Under the pieces are notes generated by a model. It saw nothing but the letters and a program-made list of their open reading frames with translations. It had not been told where the DNA came from and did not search any database. This document shows positions 42,283 to 51,429 of a DNA stretch of 64,000 nucleotides, piece by piece (position 1 is the stretch's first letter; every line of letters begins with the position of its first letter). This DNA comes from an uncultured Gemmatimonadales bacterium (GTDB lineage Bacteria > Gemmatimonadota > Gemmatimonadetes > Longimicrobiales > Longimicrobiaceae): contig OY970303.1 in the NCBI GenBank assembly GCA_963716255.1, positions 5,568,001 through 5,632,000 on the forward strand, in the 5' to 3' direction. A program made the translations under genes and the position numbers.

Positions 42283-43139
42283 TGCGCGTGCCCCGCCGCT
42301 CCGGGCGCTTTCCCCTGGCGGTCGCGGCCTCCGCCGGGCTGCACGCGCTCGCGCTGGGCGGGATGTGGCTGTCGGTGTCCTCCGCCGAGCCGCCGCCGCG
42401 CCCGCAGGTGTTCAAGGTGGACATCGTTTCCCCGCCGCCGAACCTGCCGGGCGAGCCCACGGCCGTGGCCCCCGCCGCCGGGAGCACCGCGCCCGAGCCC
42501 GAGCCGGAGGCGGCCTCGCCGCCGCCCGCCCCGGAGCCCGAGCCCGCCGCGAGCGAGCCGGCAAAGACGCCCGAGCCTTCGCCCGTTCCCGCGCCTCCGC
42601 GGAAGGCGGAGCCCAAGCAGCCGGAGCCGCGGCGCACGCCGCCCAAGACCGAGCGGCCCGCGGAGCCGCCCAAGGCGCCCGCGACCAACCCGTCACCCCG
42701 GCGCTCCGACCGCCCGCAGGAGACCGCGCAGAAGGCGGGGCCAAAGACGGGCGAGGGGCCCAGCTCGCGGAACCCGGTCCCCGCCACCGGCCGCAACCCG
42801 GACCCGAATTCGCCCGGCGGCGAGGGATTGTCGGTGCGCACCGAGGGGGCCGAGTTCGCGGACCCGGCGTACCTGGCCAACATCATCCGCCAGCTGAAGC
42901 GCTACTTCCGCCCGCCGCCGGGCGCGCAGCGGGACGAGGCCGAGGTGCGCTTCTGGATCAATCGGGACGGAACGGTGTCCGACATCGCCGTCGGACGGAG
43001 CCGGGGGAGCTTCCAGTTCCGCGCCGCCGCCATGGAGGCCGTGGAGCAGGCGGGGCTCGCGAAGGCGTTCGGCCCGCTCCCCCGCGCCTACCGCGGCAAC
43101 CGACTCCCGGTGGCGTTCACCTTCGAGCCAGAAAGCTGA
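42282..43139 (+). CDS. tolA: TolA/TonB-like energy transducer
   Basis: TM helix with S...H motif, Pro/Glu/Lys-rich linker, TonB-C-like domain. Confidence 0.8.
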   Translation: MRVPRRSGRFPLAVAASAGLHALALGGMWLSVSSAEPPPRPQVFKVDIVSPPPNLPGEPTAVAPAAGSTAPEPEPEAASPPPAPEPEPAASEPAKTPEPSPVPAPPRKAEPKQPEPRRTPPKTERPAEPPKAPATNPSPRRSDRPQETAQKAGPKTGEGPSSRNPVPATGRNPDPNSPGGEGLSVRTEGAEFADPAYLANIIRQLKRYFRPPPGAQRDEAEVRFWINRDGTVSDIAVGRSRGSFQFRAAAMEAVEQAGLAKAFGPLPRAYRGNRLPVAFTFEPES

Positions 43140-43149
43140 CCCCTTCCCG

Positions 43150-44496
43150 ATGACACGCGGCACCTGCTTCCGGACGGCGTTCCCCGGCATCCTCCTGCTC
43201 GCGCTCTCGCTCGTGCTCCCCGGCGCCCTGCGCGCGCAGGACACCGTGATGGTGCAGCTGGGCCTCACCTACCGCCCGGGCTCCGAGCCGGGGTTCCTGG
43301 TCCTCCCCTTCGCCGCCGCCGCCGGCTCCGAGGGCGCGGCCGCCACCGTCCGCGGCGTCGTACGGCAGGACCTGGACTTCAGCGACCGCTTCCGGGTGAC
43401 GGACGCCCCCGCCGGCACGCGCCCCGTGGCCCCCACGGCGGTGGGCGAGTGGGCCGACCGCGGCGCCGACTGGGTGCTCGCCGGGGACGTCCGCCCGCAG
43501 GGGAGCGGCCTCGCGCTGCGGCTGGCGCTGCTGGACGCGGTGTACGGCACCGTCAAGGGCGAGCGCACGTTCCAGCTCCCCCGCGCCGCCGACCGCGGCT
43601 TCCGCATGGCCGTTCACGCCGCCGCCGACGAGGCGGTGCGCTGGGCGACGGGGGAGCCGGGGATGGCGGCGTCCCGCGTCGCCTACGTTCTCCAGGGGCG
43701 CGGCTCCAAGGAGATCTACATGGTGGACTGGGACGGCGAGAACGTGCAGCGGGTGACCAGCGACGGCTCCATCGCCCTGTCGCCCGCGTGGTCGCCCGAC
43801 GGCGCGCGCATCGCCTACACCTCGTTCCGCAGCGGCATCCCCGCGCTGTACGAGCGCAGCCTCGCCACGGGGCAGGACCGGGAGATCTCCCGGCGCGACG
43901 GGCTCAACATCACCCCCGCGTACTCCCCCGACGGCCGCACCCTGGCCTTCGCCGCCACGGTGGCCGGAAACACCGAGATCGCGGTGGTCAGCGGCGGCGG
44001 GTTCGAAGCGCTCACCCGCGGCCGCCGCTCGGACTCGCTGTCGCCCACCTTCTCGCCCGACGGCTCGCGCATCGCCTTCGTGTCCAACCGGCTGGGCGAG
44101 CCGCACGTGTACGTGATGCAGCGAGGCGGCGAGCCGCGCCTGCTTTCCGACTACCGCTACGGCACGCAGGGGTACAACACCTCGCCCGACTGGTCGCCGC
44201 GCGGCAGCGCCATCGCCTACCACACGCGCGTGGGCGGCAATCCGCAGCTCGCCGTGGTGGACGCCGCCGGGGGGCGCCCGCGCGTGCTCACGAACCGCGG
44301 CGTCAACGAGGACCCCAGCTGGGCCCCGGACGGCCGCCACCTGGTGTTCGCCTCCGACCGCGACGGCGGGGGCCTGTTCGTCATGGACGTCATCAGCGGC
44401 CGCACCCGCCCGCTCCTCCGGGGGCGCGGCTACGGCCTCCCGGACTGGTCGCCCGTGCTGTACCGCGCGCCGTCCACCCCGTCCGCCGGCCAGTAG
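43150..44496 (+). CDS. tolB: TolB beta-propeller protein
   Basis: Repeated PxWSPDG (PD40) motifs; lies between tolA and pal. Confidence 0.92.
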   Translation: MTRGTCFRTAFPGILLLALSLVLPGALRAQDTVMVQLGLTYRPGSEPGFLVLPFAAAAGSEGAAATVRGVVRQDLDFSDRFRVTDAPAGTRPVAPTAVGEWADRGADWVLAGDVRPQGSGLALRLALLDAVYGTVKGERTFQLPRAADRGFRMAVHAAADEAVRWATGEPGMAASRVAYVLQGRGSKEIYMVDWDGENVQRVTSDGSIALSPAWSPDGARIAYTSFRSGIPALYERSLATGQDREISRRDGLNITPAYSPDGRTLAFAATVAGNTEIAVVSGGGFEALTRGRRSDSLSPTFSPDGSRIAFVSNRLGEPHVYVMQRGGEPRLLSDYRYGTQGYNTSPDWSPRGSAIAYHTRVGGNPQLAVVDAAGGRPRVLTNRGVNEDPSWAPDGRHLVFASDRDGGGLFVMDVISGRTRPLLRGRGYGLPDWSPVLYRAPSTPSAGQ

Positions 44497-44561
44497 ATGG
44501 CCGACCGCGCGCCCGCCGCGGCGCGCACCGCACCCGCCAGCCAGCCGAGAGGATCCGCCCG

Positions 44562-45140
44562 ATGAAGCTCCGCCACGCCCTCGTTCTCGCCGTCGCCGCC
44601 CTGACCCTGGTCGGCTGCAAGAAGAAGCGCCCCGCGGACGGCCCCGTGAACGACCCCGTCGCCGGCGACTCCGCCGCCGTCGCCGACTCCGTCGCCCGAG
44701 CGGAGCAGCTCCGCCGCGAGCGGGACCGCGCCCGCGCCGATTCCGCCGCCGCGGTGGAGCGCGAGGCCCAGCGCGTGCGCGCCGCCCTCTCGGAGATGGT
44801 GTTCTTCGAGTACGACAGCTTCGACCTGACGTCCGAGGCGCAGGACCGGCTGCGCGCCAAGGCCGAGACCATGCGCGAGAACCCGTCGGTGACGCTGCGT
44901 ATCGAGGGCCACGCCGACCAGCGCGGCTCCACCGAGTACAACCTGGCGCTGGGGCAGCGGCGCGCCGAGGCGGTGAGGACCTTCCTGGAGGGGTACGGCC
45001 TGGACTCTGGCCGCTTCTCCACGCTCAGCTACGGCAAGGAGCGCCCCCTGGCCGAGGGCGAGGCGGAGGACTCCTTCGCGCGCAACCGCCGCGCCGAGTT
45101 CGTGGTCACCGGGGGCGACTTCGCCCCCCGCACCCGATGA
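44562..45140 (+). CDS. pal: Peptidoglycan-associated lipoprotein Pal
   Basis: Lipobox LVGC; EGHADQRGSTEYNLALGQRRA and SYGKERP..NRR motifs. Confidence 0.93.
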   Translation: MKLRHALVLAVAALTLVGCKKKRPADGPVNDPVAGDSAAVADSVARAEQLRRERDRARADSAAAVEREAQRVRAALSEMVFFEYDSFDLTSEAQDRLRAKAETMRENPSVTLRIEGHADQRGSTEYNLALGQRRAEAVRTFLEGYGLDSGRFSTLSYGKERPLAEGEAEDSFARNRRAEFVVTGGDFAPRTR

Positions 45141-45901
45141 GCGTCCGCCGGCTGGCCGCGCTGCTGCTGGTGCCGCTCCTGGGGGCGTGCGCCACCAAGC
45201 GCGACGTGCGCGACCTGCGCGACGAGATGGCCGCCATGCGCGCGGCCCAGGACAGCGCTTTCCGCGAGGTGCAGCGCGAGAACCGCGCTCTGCTGGATTC
45301 CATCGCGGACCAGAACGCCCGCCTGCGCGGCGATCTCGCCAACCGCTTCCTCCAGGTGGACCGGCAGCTGGTGCAGATCCAGGAGCTGACCGGCCAGGGC
45401 CAGCAGCGCCTTCAGGAGCTGCGCGAGCAGATCAACGCCCGCGCCCAGCAGGACGCCGCCCGCCAGGCCGAGGCCGCCGCGTCGGCCGGCTCCGACACGG
45501 CGTCGTCCTCCGGGAGCGGCGCCACCGCGGACGAGCTGTACACCACCTCCATGGCCAGCCTGCGCCGCGGCTCCCTGCAGACCGCCCGCGCCGGCTTCCA
45601 GGAGTTCCTGCGCACCTATCCCAGCCACCGCCAGGCGCCGGACGCGCTCTTCTACGTGGGCGAAACGTACAACGAGGGCAAGGACGTGCAGAACGCCCTC
45701 CAGACCTACGCCCAGGTGGTGCAGCGCTACCCGACCTCCGCCCGGGCGCCCACCGCGCTCTACCGTGCCGGCACCATCGAGGCGGGCCGCGGCAACCGCA
45801 CCGAGGCGCGGGCGCTGTTCAACCGCGTGGTGCAGTCGTACGCGCGCTCCCCGGAGGCGACGCTGGCCCGGGACCAGCTGGCGAAGCTGCCGCGCTCGTG
45901 A
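45137..45901 (+). CDS. cpoB: Cell division coordinator CpoB/YbgF-like TPR lipoprotein
   Basis: Lipobox LGAC, coiled coil plus TPRs, directly after pal. Confidence 0.85.
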   Translation: MSVRRLAALLLVPLLGACATKRDVRDLRDEMAAMRAAQDSAFREVQRENRALLDSIADQNARLRGDLANRFLQVDRQLVQIQELTGQGQQRLQELREQINARAQQDAARQAEAAASAGSDTASSSGSGATADELYTTSMASLRRGSLQTARAGFQEFLRTYPSHRQAPDALFYVGETYNEGKDVQNALQTYAQVVQRYPTSARAPTALYRAGTIEAGRGNRTEARALFNRVVQSYARSPEATLARDQLAKLPRS

Positions 45902-45931
45902 GGTCTTGTAGCGTTTCCTGAAGCTTCTGCA

Positions 45932-46092
45932 GGCCGCTCCGGAGCCGGACGATACTGCCGTCCGTCTCCTGCGCGGGCTCCGGGAGCCAGCCAAACTACC
46001 GGCTGTCTCCCTGCGCACGGGGGAAGCCTCGCCAAACTACCGGCGAGGCTTCCCCCGTACATTTTCTGGGAACTATGGGGAACGGCAACGGC
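45932..46092 (+). repeat. Family B repeat (tandem GGAGCC-stem-loop-GTCTCC hairpins), copy 1
   Basis: Shares GGCCGCTCCGGAGCC...GTCTCCTGCGCGGG...GGGAACGGC with the copies at 49458 and 63451. Confidence 0.85.
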
Positions 46093-46094
46093 GA

Positions 46095-46244
46095 CCCCCC
46101 TCCCCCCGGCCCCCTCACCCCCCGGGCCCCTCTCCCACAAGGGGAGAGGGGGAGCACGACAACGACACGTCGGAAGCCGAGGGTCAGGAAGCCCTCCCCC
46201 AGAATTGGGGGAGGGTGGCGAGCCTAAAGCGAGCCGGGTGGGGA
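46095..46244. repeat. REP-like hairpins including a family C repeat
   Basis: CCCCTCTCCC-ACAA-GGGGAGAGGGG and GGGAGGGTGGCGAGCCTAAAGCGAGCCGGGTG. Confidence 0.8.
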
Positions 46245-46271
46245 CCCCCCGCGGACGCCAGCGCAATGCCC

Positions 46272-46405
46272 GCGTGAGGGATTTCGGCCCGGAGGGGCGA
46301 GACCGCGCGGCTGTTTGCGCGGGCTCGACTCCGTTACGCAGCGTTGTTTGCTGCGTTACGAAGCCGAAGCCCGACCCCGGCGCCAGCCGGGGGCACGCCC
46401 GAACC
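46272..46405 (+). repeat. Family A structured repeat, copy 6
   Basis: Variable stem ACGCAGC/GCTGCGT with loop GTTGTTT. Confidence 0.95.
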
Positions 46406-46419
46406 CGTAGTTCGGTCTT

Positions 46420-47028
46420 CTACAGGAACGGCTTCTCCTTGGCGTTGGCACGCGACAGGCGTACGACGGCGCTGTCGCCCGTCACCTGCACGGGGAAGTT
46501 CCAGTACAGCTCGCTGTAGGGAAGCGTGTACCGGGCGTACACCCACCAGCGCCCCGGCTCGGCGCTGAAGGTGACGGTCCCGGAGGCGTCCGTGGTGTCG
46601 GCAAGCTCCTCGCGGTCCGCGGCCACGGCCCGCCCCGCGGCCAGCGAGTCGAAGGGGGCGTAGGCGTCCTGCGCCCAGGCGCGGCGGGCGGCGCGCAGCG
46701 AGTCCGCCCGCGCGAACACCGCGCGCCGGACCGCCTGGAAGCGCGCCATCGCCGTGTCCCCGCGCAGGCGCACGGCACGCTCCTCGGCGGCGAGGCCCTG
46801 CAATTGCTGAAGCAGCTCCGGGGGAATGGCCGGCTCGGGCGCGTCGGCCTTCTTGGCGAGTGAATCCAGGACCTCGTCGCGGTCGTAGGGGAGAAGGCGG
46901 ACCGGGAGGTCCGCGACCGGCGCGCCGTCCAGGTCGGTGCGGACGGCCACGCGCGGGCCGCCGTCGCCGCAGGCGGCGAGCGCGAGCGGCACGAGCAGGA
47001 CGGCGAGCGGGACGAGGCGAGATTTCAT
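46420..47028 (-). CDS. Hypothetical lipoprotein
   Basis: Signal peptide with lipobox LAAC; GGAG RBS. Confidence 0.75.
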   Translation of the reverse strand: MKSRLVPLAVLLVPLALAACGDGGPRVAVRTDLDGAPVADLPVRLLPYDRDEVLDSLAKKADAPEPAIPPELLQQLQGLAAEERAVRLRGDTAMARFQAVRRAVFARADSLRAARRAWAQDAYAPFDSLAAGRAVAADREELADTTDASGTVTFSAEPGRWWVYARYTLPYSELYWNFPVQVTGDSAVVRLSRANAKEKPFL

Positions 47029-47060
47029 CGGCGGCTCCGGCTGTGGAAACGAAACGAAAC

Positions 47061-47936
47061 GTGAAGCAACGTACGGAACTACGGAACCGGCAACAAGCGA
47101 GAAGCGTGCTCCCGTGGCGGGCGGCCTTCCTCGCGCTCCTCCTGGGTGCCCTGTGGGCGCTCCCCGCGGGCGCGCAGCTCCGGCTGCCGCGCCCCACCGG
47201 GTACGTCAACGACTTCGCGGGCGTGATCCCGGCCGAGCAGGAGGCCGCCATCGACGCGGTGGTGCAGGAGGTGCGCGCCCGGTCCGGCGGGGAGATCGCG
47301 GTGGTGACGCTTTCCTCGCTGGAGGGGCGCCCGGTGGACCAGGTGGCGCTCCAGGTCCTGCGCGACTGGAAGGTGGGGGGCGTGGCGCGGGGGGCCACGC
47401 CGGGGGACACGCTGGCCAACACCGGCACCGTGGTCCTGGTCGCGCCCACGGAGCGCCGGGCGTACGTCGCCACCGGCTACGGCGCCAACACCTTCATCAC
47501 CGCGGCCGAGGCCGGGCGGATCCTGGACCAGTACATGGTCCCGCAGTTCCGCGCGGGCGACTACGGCACGGGGACGCTGGAGGGCGTGCGCGCGGTCGCG
47601 CAGCAGTACGCCGGCCGCTTCGGCTTCCAGCTCACCGGCGAAGCACCCGGCGCGGCGACTCCGCGGGTGCCGGTGCAGCGCCCCGTCTCCGGCGGCGGAA
47701 TGGGAAAGCTGATCTTCTACATCATCGTCGCCATCTTCCTGTTCAACATGTTCCGGGGCGGCGGGGGCGGGGGGCGCGGCGGGCGCAGGCGCCGCTACGG
47801 CGGGCCCGTCATCCTCCCCTTTCCCATGGGCGGCGGGGGATGGGGCGGAGGCGGCGGCTTCGGGGGCGGGGGAGGCGGGTTCGGCGGCTTCGGCGGGGGG
47901 AGCGGCGGCGGCGGCGGGGCAGGGCGGGGGTGGTGA
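47061..47936 (+). CDS. TPM domain protein (YgcG-like)
   Basis: GYVNDFAGVI, EIAVVT and ATGYG motifs, a TM helix and a Gly-rich GGFGG..GGGGAGRGW tail; start may be 47106. Confidence 0.9.
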   Translation: MKQRTELRNRQQARSVLPWRAAFLALLLGALWALPAGAQLRLPRPTGYVNDFAGVIPAEQEAAIDAVVQEVRARSGGEIAVVTLSSLEGRPVDQVALQVLRDWKVGGVARGATPGDTLANTGTVVLVAPTERRAYVATGYGANTFITAAEAGRILDQYMVPQFRAGDYGTGTLEGVRAVAQQYAGRFGFQLTGEAPGAATPRVPVQRPVSGGGMGKLIFYIIVAIFLFNMFRGGGGGGRGGRRRRYGGPVILPFPMGGGGWGGGGGFGGGGGGFGGFGGGSGGGGGAGRGW

Positions 47937-47965
47937 GGCGGGCGACCGGAACACGGAGAGGAGAG

Positions 47966-48724
47966 ATGGGGAAAGAGACGGGCCGGGCGGAGCAGCTCGC
48001 GCGGGACCTGGCACGCACCTACGGCGGGGAGCTGGTGTCGGTGGTGCTGTACGGCTCCGCCGCGCGCGGCGAGTACGTGGAGGGGCTTTCCGACCTCAAC
48101 GTGCTGGTGCTGCTGCGCGACACCGCGCCCGCCACCCTCCGGCGCGCCACCGAGCTGGCGCGCGCCTGGGTGGGGGAGGGGAACCCCCCGCCGCTGGTGA
48201 TGGGGGAAGAGGAGTGGCGGCGCTCGACGGACGTGTTCCCCATCGAGCTTTCCGACATCCGCGACGCGCACCGCGTGCTGCACGGCGGCGACCCGTTCGC
48301 GGGGATCGACATCGACCCCGCCGACCTGCGGCTGCAGTGCGAGCACGAGCTCAAGGGAAAGCACATCCAGCTCCGCGAGCGCTACCTGTTCTCCTCCGGC
48401 GCGCCGGAGGAGCTGGGGGCCGTGCTGCGCAAGTCGCTTTCCACCTTCCTGGTGCTCTTCCGCGCCGTGCTGCGGCTCACCGGGGAGGAGGGCGTGCGCG
48501 AGCCGGAGGCGGTGATCCGGCGCACGGCCGAGCGCGCCGGGTTCGACCCCGCGCCGCTGCTGGAGATCTTCCGCGCCCGGCGCGCGGGGGGGGAATTCCG
48601 CCCCGACCCCGACTCCCCGGTGGTCACGGGGTACCTGGAGGCGGTGGGGCGGGTGGTGGAGTTCGTGGACGGATTGGGGAACAGGGGACAGGGGACAGGG
48701 TTCACCGGTTCACGCGAAGCGTGA
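47966..48724 (+). CDS. Nucleotidyltransferase domain protein (Pol-beta superfamily)
   Basis: LYGSAARGE...SDLN motif, DVFPIE, LRLQCE.EL. Confidence 0.85.
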   Translation: MGKETGRAEQLARDLARTYGGELVSVVLYGSAARGEYVEGLSDLNVLVLLRDTAPATLRRATELARAWVGEGNPPPLVMGEEEWRRSTDVFPIELSDIRDAHRVLHGGDPFAGIDIDPADLRLQCEHELKGKHIQLRERYLFSSGAPEELGAVLRKSLSTFLVLFRAVLRLTGEEGVREPEAVIRRTAERAGFDPAPLLEIFRARRAGGEFRPDPDSPVVTGYLEAVGRVVEFVDGLGNRGQGTGFTGSREA

Positions 48725-48822
48725 AGCGCCTCGGCCTTCACACGGCTCCATAGGCGCAGGTCGCGTGGTCGTCGGGCTGGCGATCGTGCCCCGTACAATC
48801 TCGAACATTCGGAGGAACGACG

Positions 48823-49434
48823 ATGCGGCGTGTCAGACTGGCGGTGCTCCTGGTGGCTGCTGCGGTGCTCCCGGGGTGCGGGTACAACCGGATCCAGGAG
48901 CTGGACGAGCGGACCGAGGAGCTCAAGTCCAACGTGGGGGTGGAGCTGACCAACCGGAACCAGCTCATCCCCAACCTGGTGGCGACGGTCAAGGGGGCGG
49001 CGGCGTTCGAAAAGGACACGTACACCGGCGTGGCCGAGGCGCGCGCCGGGCTGCGCGGCGCCGAGGCGCAGCTCACCCAGTCGCAGCAGCAGGTGGCGCA
49101 GGCGGTGCAGAGCGGCGACGTGGACCGGCTGTCGCAGGCGGACCAGGCGGTGACGCGCTCCATCGGCACCTACCTGAACCTGGCGGTGGAGGCGTACCCG
49201 CAGCTCAAGGCCACGCAGAACTTCACCATGCTCCAGGACCAGCTCACCGAGAGCGAGAACCGGATCAGCGTGGCGCGCCGGGACTACAACGCGGGGGTGC
49301 GGGAGTACAACGCATTCATCCGCTCGTTTCCGCAGGTGGTCACGGCGCGGGTGACCGGTGCGCAGCGCAAGGAGCCGTTCCAGGCGCCCGCGGGGTCGGA
49401 GCAGGCGCCCAACGTCGATTTCGGCCAGCCGTGA
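48823..49434 (+). CDS. lemA: LemA family protein
   Basis: GCGYN, LIPNLVATVKG, EAYPQLKA and ENRISVARRDYN motifs. Confidence 0.93.
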   Translation: MRRVRLAVLLVAAAVLPGCGYNRIQELDERTEELKSNVGVELTNRNQLIPNLVATVKGAAAFEKDTYTGVAEARAGLRGAEAQLTQSQQQVAQAVQSGDVDRLSQADQAVTRSIGTYLNLAVEAYPQLKATQNFTMLQDQLTESENRISVARRDYNAGVREYNAFIRSFPQVVTARVTGAQRKEPFQAPAGSEQAPNVDFGQP

Positions 49435-49457
49435 GGTAAGGGGCGGGTTCGTCGTGT

Positions 49458-49626
49458 GGGGCCGCTCCGGAGCCCGGCGGAAACGGCCCCGCCGGTCTCC
49501 TGCGCGGGTCGCGGAGCCCCGGGAAACTGCCCCCGGGTCTCCGCTCCGGCTGCGGGAGCCCCGCCAAACAGCCGGCGGGTCTCCCTCCGCAGAAGATTTG
49601 ATGGAAACTGCGGGAACGGCAACGAC
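49458..49626 (+). repeat. Family B repeat, copy 2
   Basis: Three GGAGCC-stem-AAACNGCC-stem-GTCTCC units. Confidence 0.88.
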
Positions 49627-49627
49627 C

Positions 49628-49668
49628 AAAAGGCGCCCTCACCCGGATCTCCGGTGGGGGCGCCTTTC
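49628..49668. terminator. Probable bidirectional terminator between lemA and yggT
   Basis: AAAGGCGCCC...GGGCGCCTTT hairpin. Confidence 0.6.
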
Positions 49669-49747
49669 GCGGGGTCCGTGCTGCCGGCGCAGGGCTCCCC
49701 CTCTCCCGCTTGCGGGGGAGGGGGCCGGGGGGAGGGGGCCTGCCGTC

Positions 49748-49881
49748 GCGTGAGGGATTACGGCCCGAAGGGGCGAGACCGCGCGGCTGTTTGCGCGGGC
49801 TCGACTCCGTTACGCACGGTTGTTTCGTGCGTTACGGAGCCGAAGCCCGACCCCGGCGCCAGCCGGGGGCACGCCCGAACC
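49748..49881 (+). repeat. Family A structured repeat, copy 7
   Basis: Variable stem ACGCACG/CGTGCGT with loop GTTGTTT. Confidence 0.95.
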
Positions 49882-49897
49882 CCGCCGTTCATGCCGG

Positions 49898-50146
49898 TCA
49901 GTAACTCGCCGGACCGCTGTAGATCGCCTGCTGGGCGAAATGGATCAGCAGGATCGCCACCATGGGCGACAGGTCCATGCCCCCCATGCCGGGCAGGAGC
50001 GAGCGGATGGGGCCGAGGACCGCGTCGGTGACGCCGCGGATCCACGCCACCAGCGGGTTGGCGGAGCGCGGGTCCACGAACCAGGACATCAGCGCCCGCA
50101 CGATGATCAGCCACTTCAGGACCTCCAGCACGTTCACCAGCACCAT
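49898..50146 (-). CDS. yggT: YggT family membrane protein
   Basis: RALMSW..NP...TD..L.PIR..LP..GGMDLSP pattern. Confidence 0.88.
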   Translation of the reverse strand: MVLVNVLEVLKWLIIVRALMSWFVDPRSANPLVAWIRGVTDAVLGPIRSLLPGMGGMDLSPMVAILLIHFAQQAIYSGPASY

Positions 50147-50199
50147 CCATCCCAAGGCAGCACCCTCGTCGTGGGGAGTGGAAGCGGCTCGCCGCCGGG

Positions 50200-51429
50200 T
50201 CAGTCGTTGGCGGCGGGGGTGCCGTCCACGAAGGGGCCCAGCACCACCAGCGTGGCGGGGCGCAGGGCGCGGGCGGCGGCGAGCAGGTGGTCGGCGTCCA
50301 GCCGCTCCAGGTCGGCCAGGCGCCCCTGGCCCCCCACGAACAGCTCGCGGGCGGCCTCCTGGGCGCGCGCCTCCGGCGTGTCCAGCTCGCGCAGCCGCAG
50401 GCCGCGGAAGCGGCGCACGCGGTCCGCGAACAGCGAGGGCGCCATCCTGCTTTCGGCGTGGCGTGCGACCGCCTCGTCGATGCGCCCGGCCCATACGTCC
50501 ACCTCGCGCGGCGGCACCACGATCTGGATGCGCAGCTCCCCGCCCTCGGCGCGGCGCACCACCTCGGCGCGGGCGTTGTACACCGAGCGCCGGCTGGGCC
50601 CGAAGGAAAGCCCCTCCACCGCCAGCTCGCCCAGCATGCGCACCGCCTCCTCGTCCACCTCCGGCGGAAACGGGTAGCTCGCCGCGATCCACGCCGTGAT
50701 GGAGCTATACTCCTTGCGCACCGGCGACTCCACCGGGGCGGGGGGCTCCGCGCGCGGAGCCTGCCAGGGCGAGCCGCGCAGGAAGGCGGCCAGGTGCTCG
50801 CGCGCGGCGGCCGCATCCACCGGTCCCACCACGGCGGCCACCGTGCGCTCCGGGACCAGGTAGCTGCGGATGAAGCCGTCCACGTCGGCGAGCGTCAGCT
50901 TCTCCACCGTGGTGGAGAACCCCGCGGCCGGGCGGCGCCAGGGGTGGTCCGGCCCGAACACGGCGGCGTCCACCTCGCGGGCCAGCGCGTCGGCGGGGCT
51001 CGCCTCGCGGCCGATCAGCTCGGCGCGCAGGGCGGCCCGCTCGCGCACGGTCGCCAGCGAGTCCGCGGGGTCGCGGAAGAGCGCCACCAGCAGCGTGCGC
51101 GTGGCCTCCTGCCAGGTGTCGGGCGCCGCGGTGAGGGTGAAGCCCAGGGCGTCCTTGTGCGCCTGCACCGTCAGGTGCGCCCCCAGCGAGTCCAGGATGG
51201 GGCGGATGGGCGCCGTGGCGACGCGGGCGGTCAGGTACGCCAGCCCGGCCTGCTCCGGCGTCTCTTCGGCGGGGCCGGCGGCGACCAGCACCTCCACCGC
51301 CACCACCGGGGTCCCGGGCTCCGGGCGCACCACCACGTGCTCCTGGGCGCGGAGCGCGCCGGGAGCCAGCGGCAGCGGGAGCGTCGCGAGCGCGGCGAGC
51401 GCCGCCCGGAAAAGCAGAGCGCGGGTCAT
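50200..51429 (-). CDS. Secreted M16 (insulinase-like) fold protein lacking HxxEH
   Basis: Signal peptide; G..E...AGLAYL, VFGPDHPW..P..G, LTLADV..F...Y..P pattern. Confidence 0.75.
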   Translation of the reverse strand: MTRALLFRAALAALATLPLPLAPGALRAQEHVVVRPEPGTPVVAVEVLVAAGPAEETPEQAGLAYLTARVATAPIRPILDSLGAHLTVQAHKDALGFTLTAAPDTWQEATRTLLVALFRDPADSLATVRERAALRAELIGREASPADALAREVDAAVFGPDHPWRRPAAGFSTTVEKLTLADVDGFIRSYLVPERTVAAVVGPVDAAAAREHLAAFLRGSPWQAPRAEPPAPVESPVRKEYSSITAWIAASYPFPPEVDEEAVRMLGELAVEGLSFGPSRRSVYNARAEVVRRAEGGELRIQIVVPPREVDVWAGRIDEAVARHAESRMAPSLFADRVRRFRGLRLRELDTPEARAQEAARELFVGGQGRLADLERLDADHLLAAARALRPATLVVLGPFVDGTPAAND

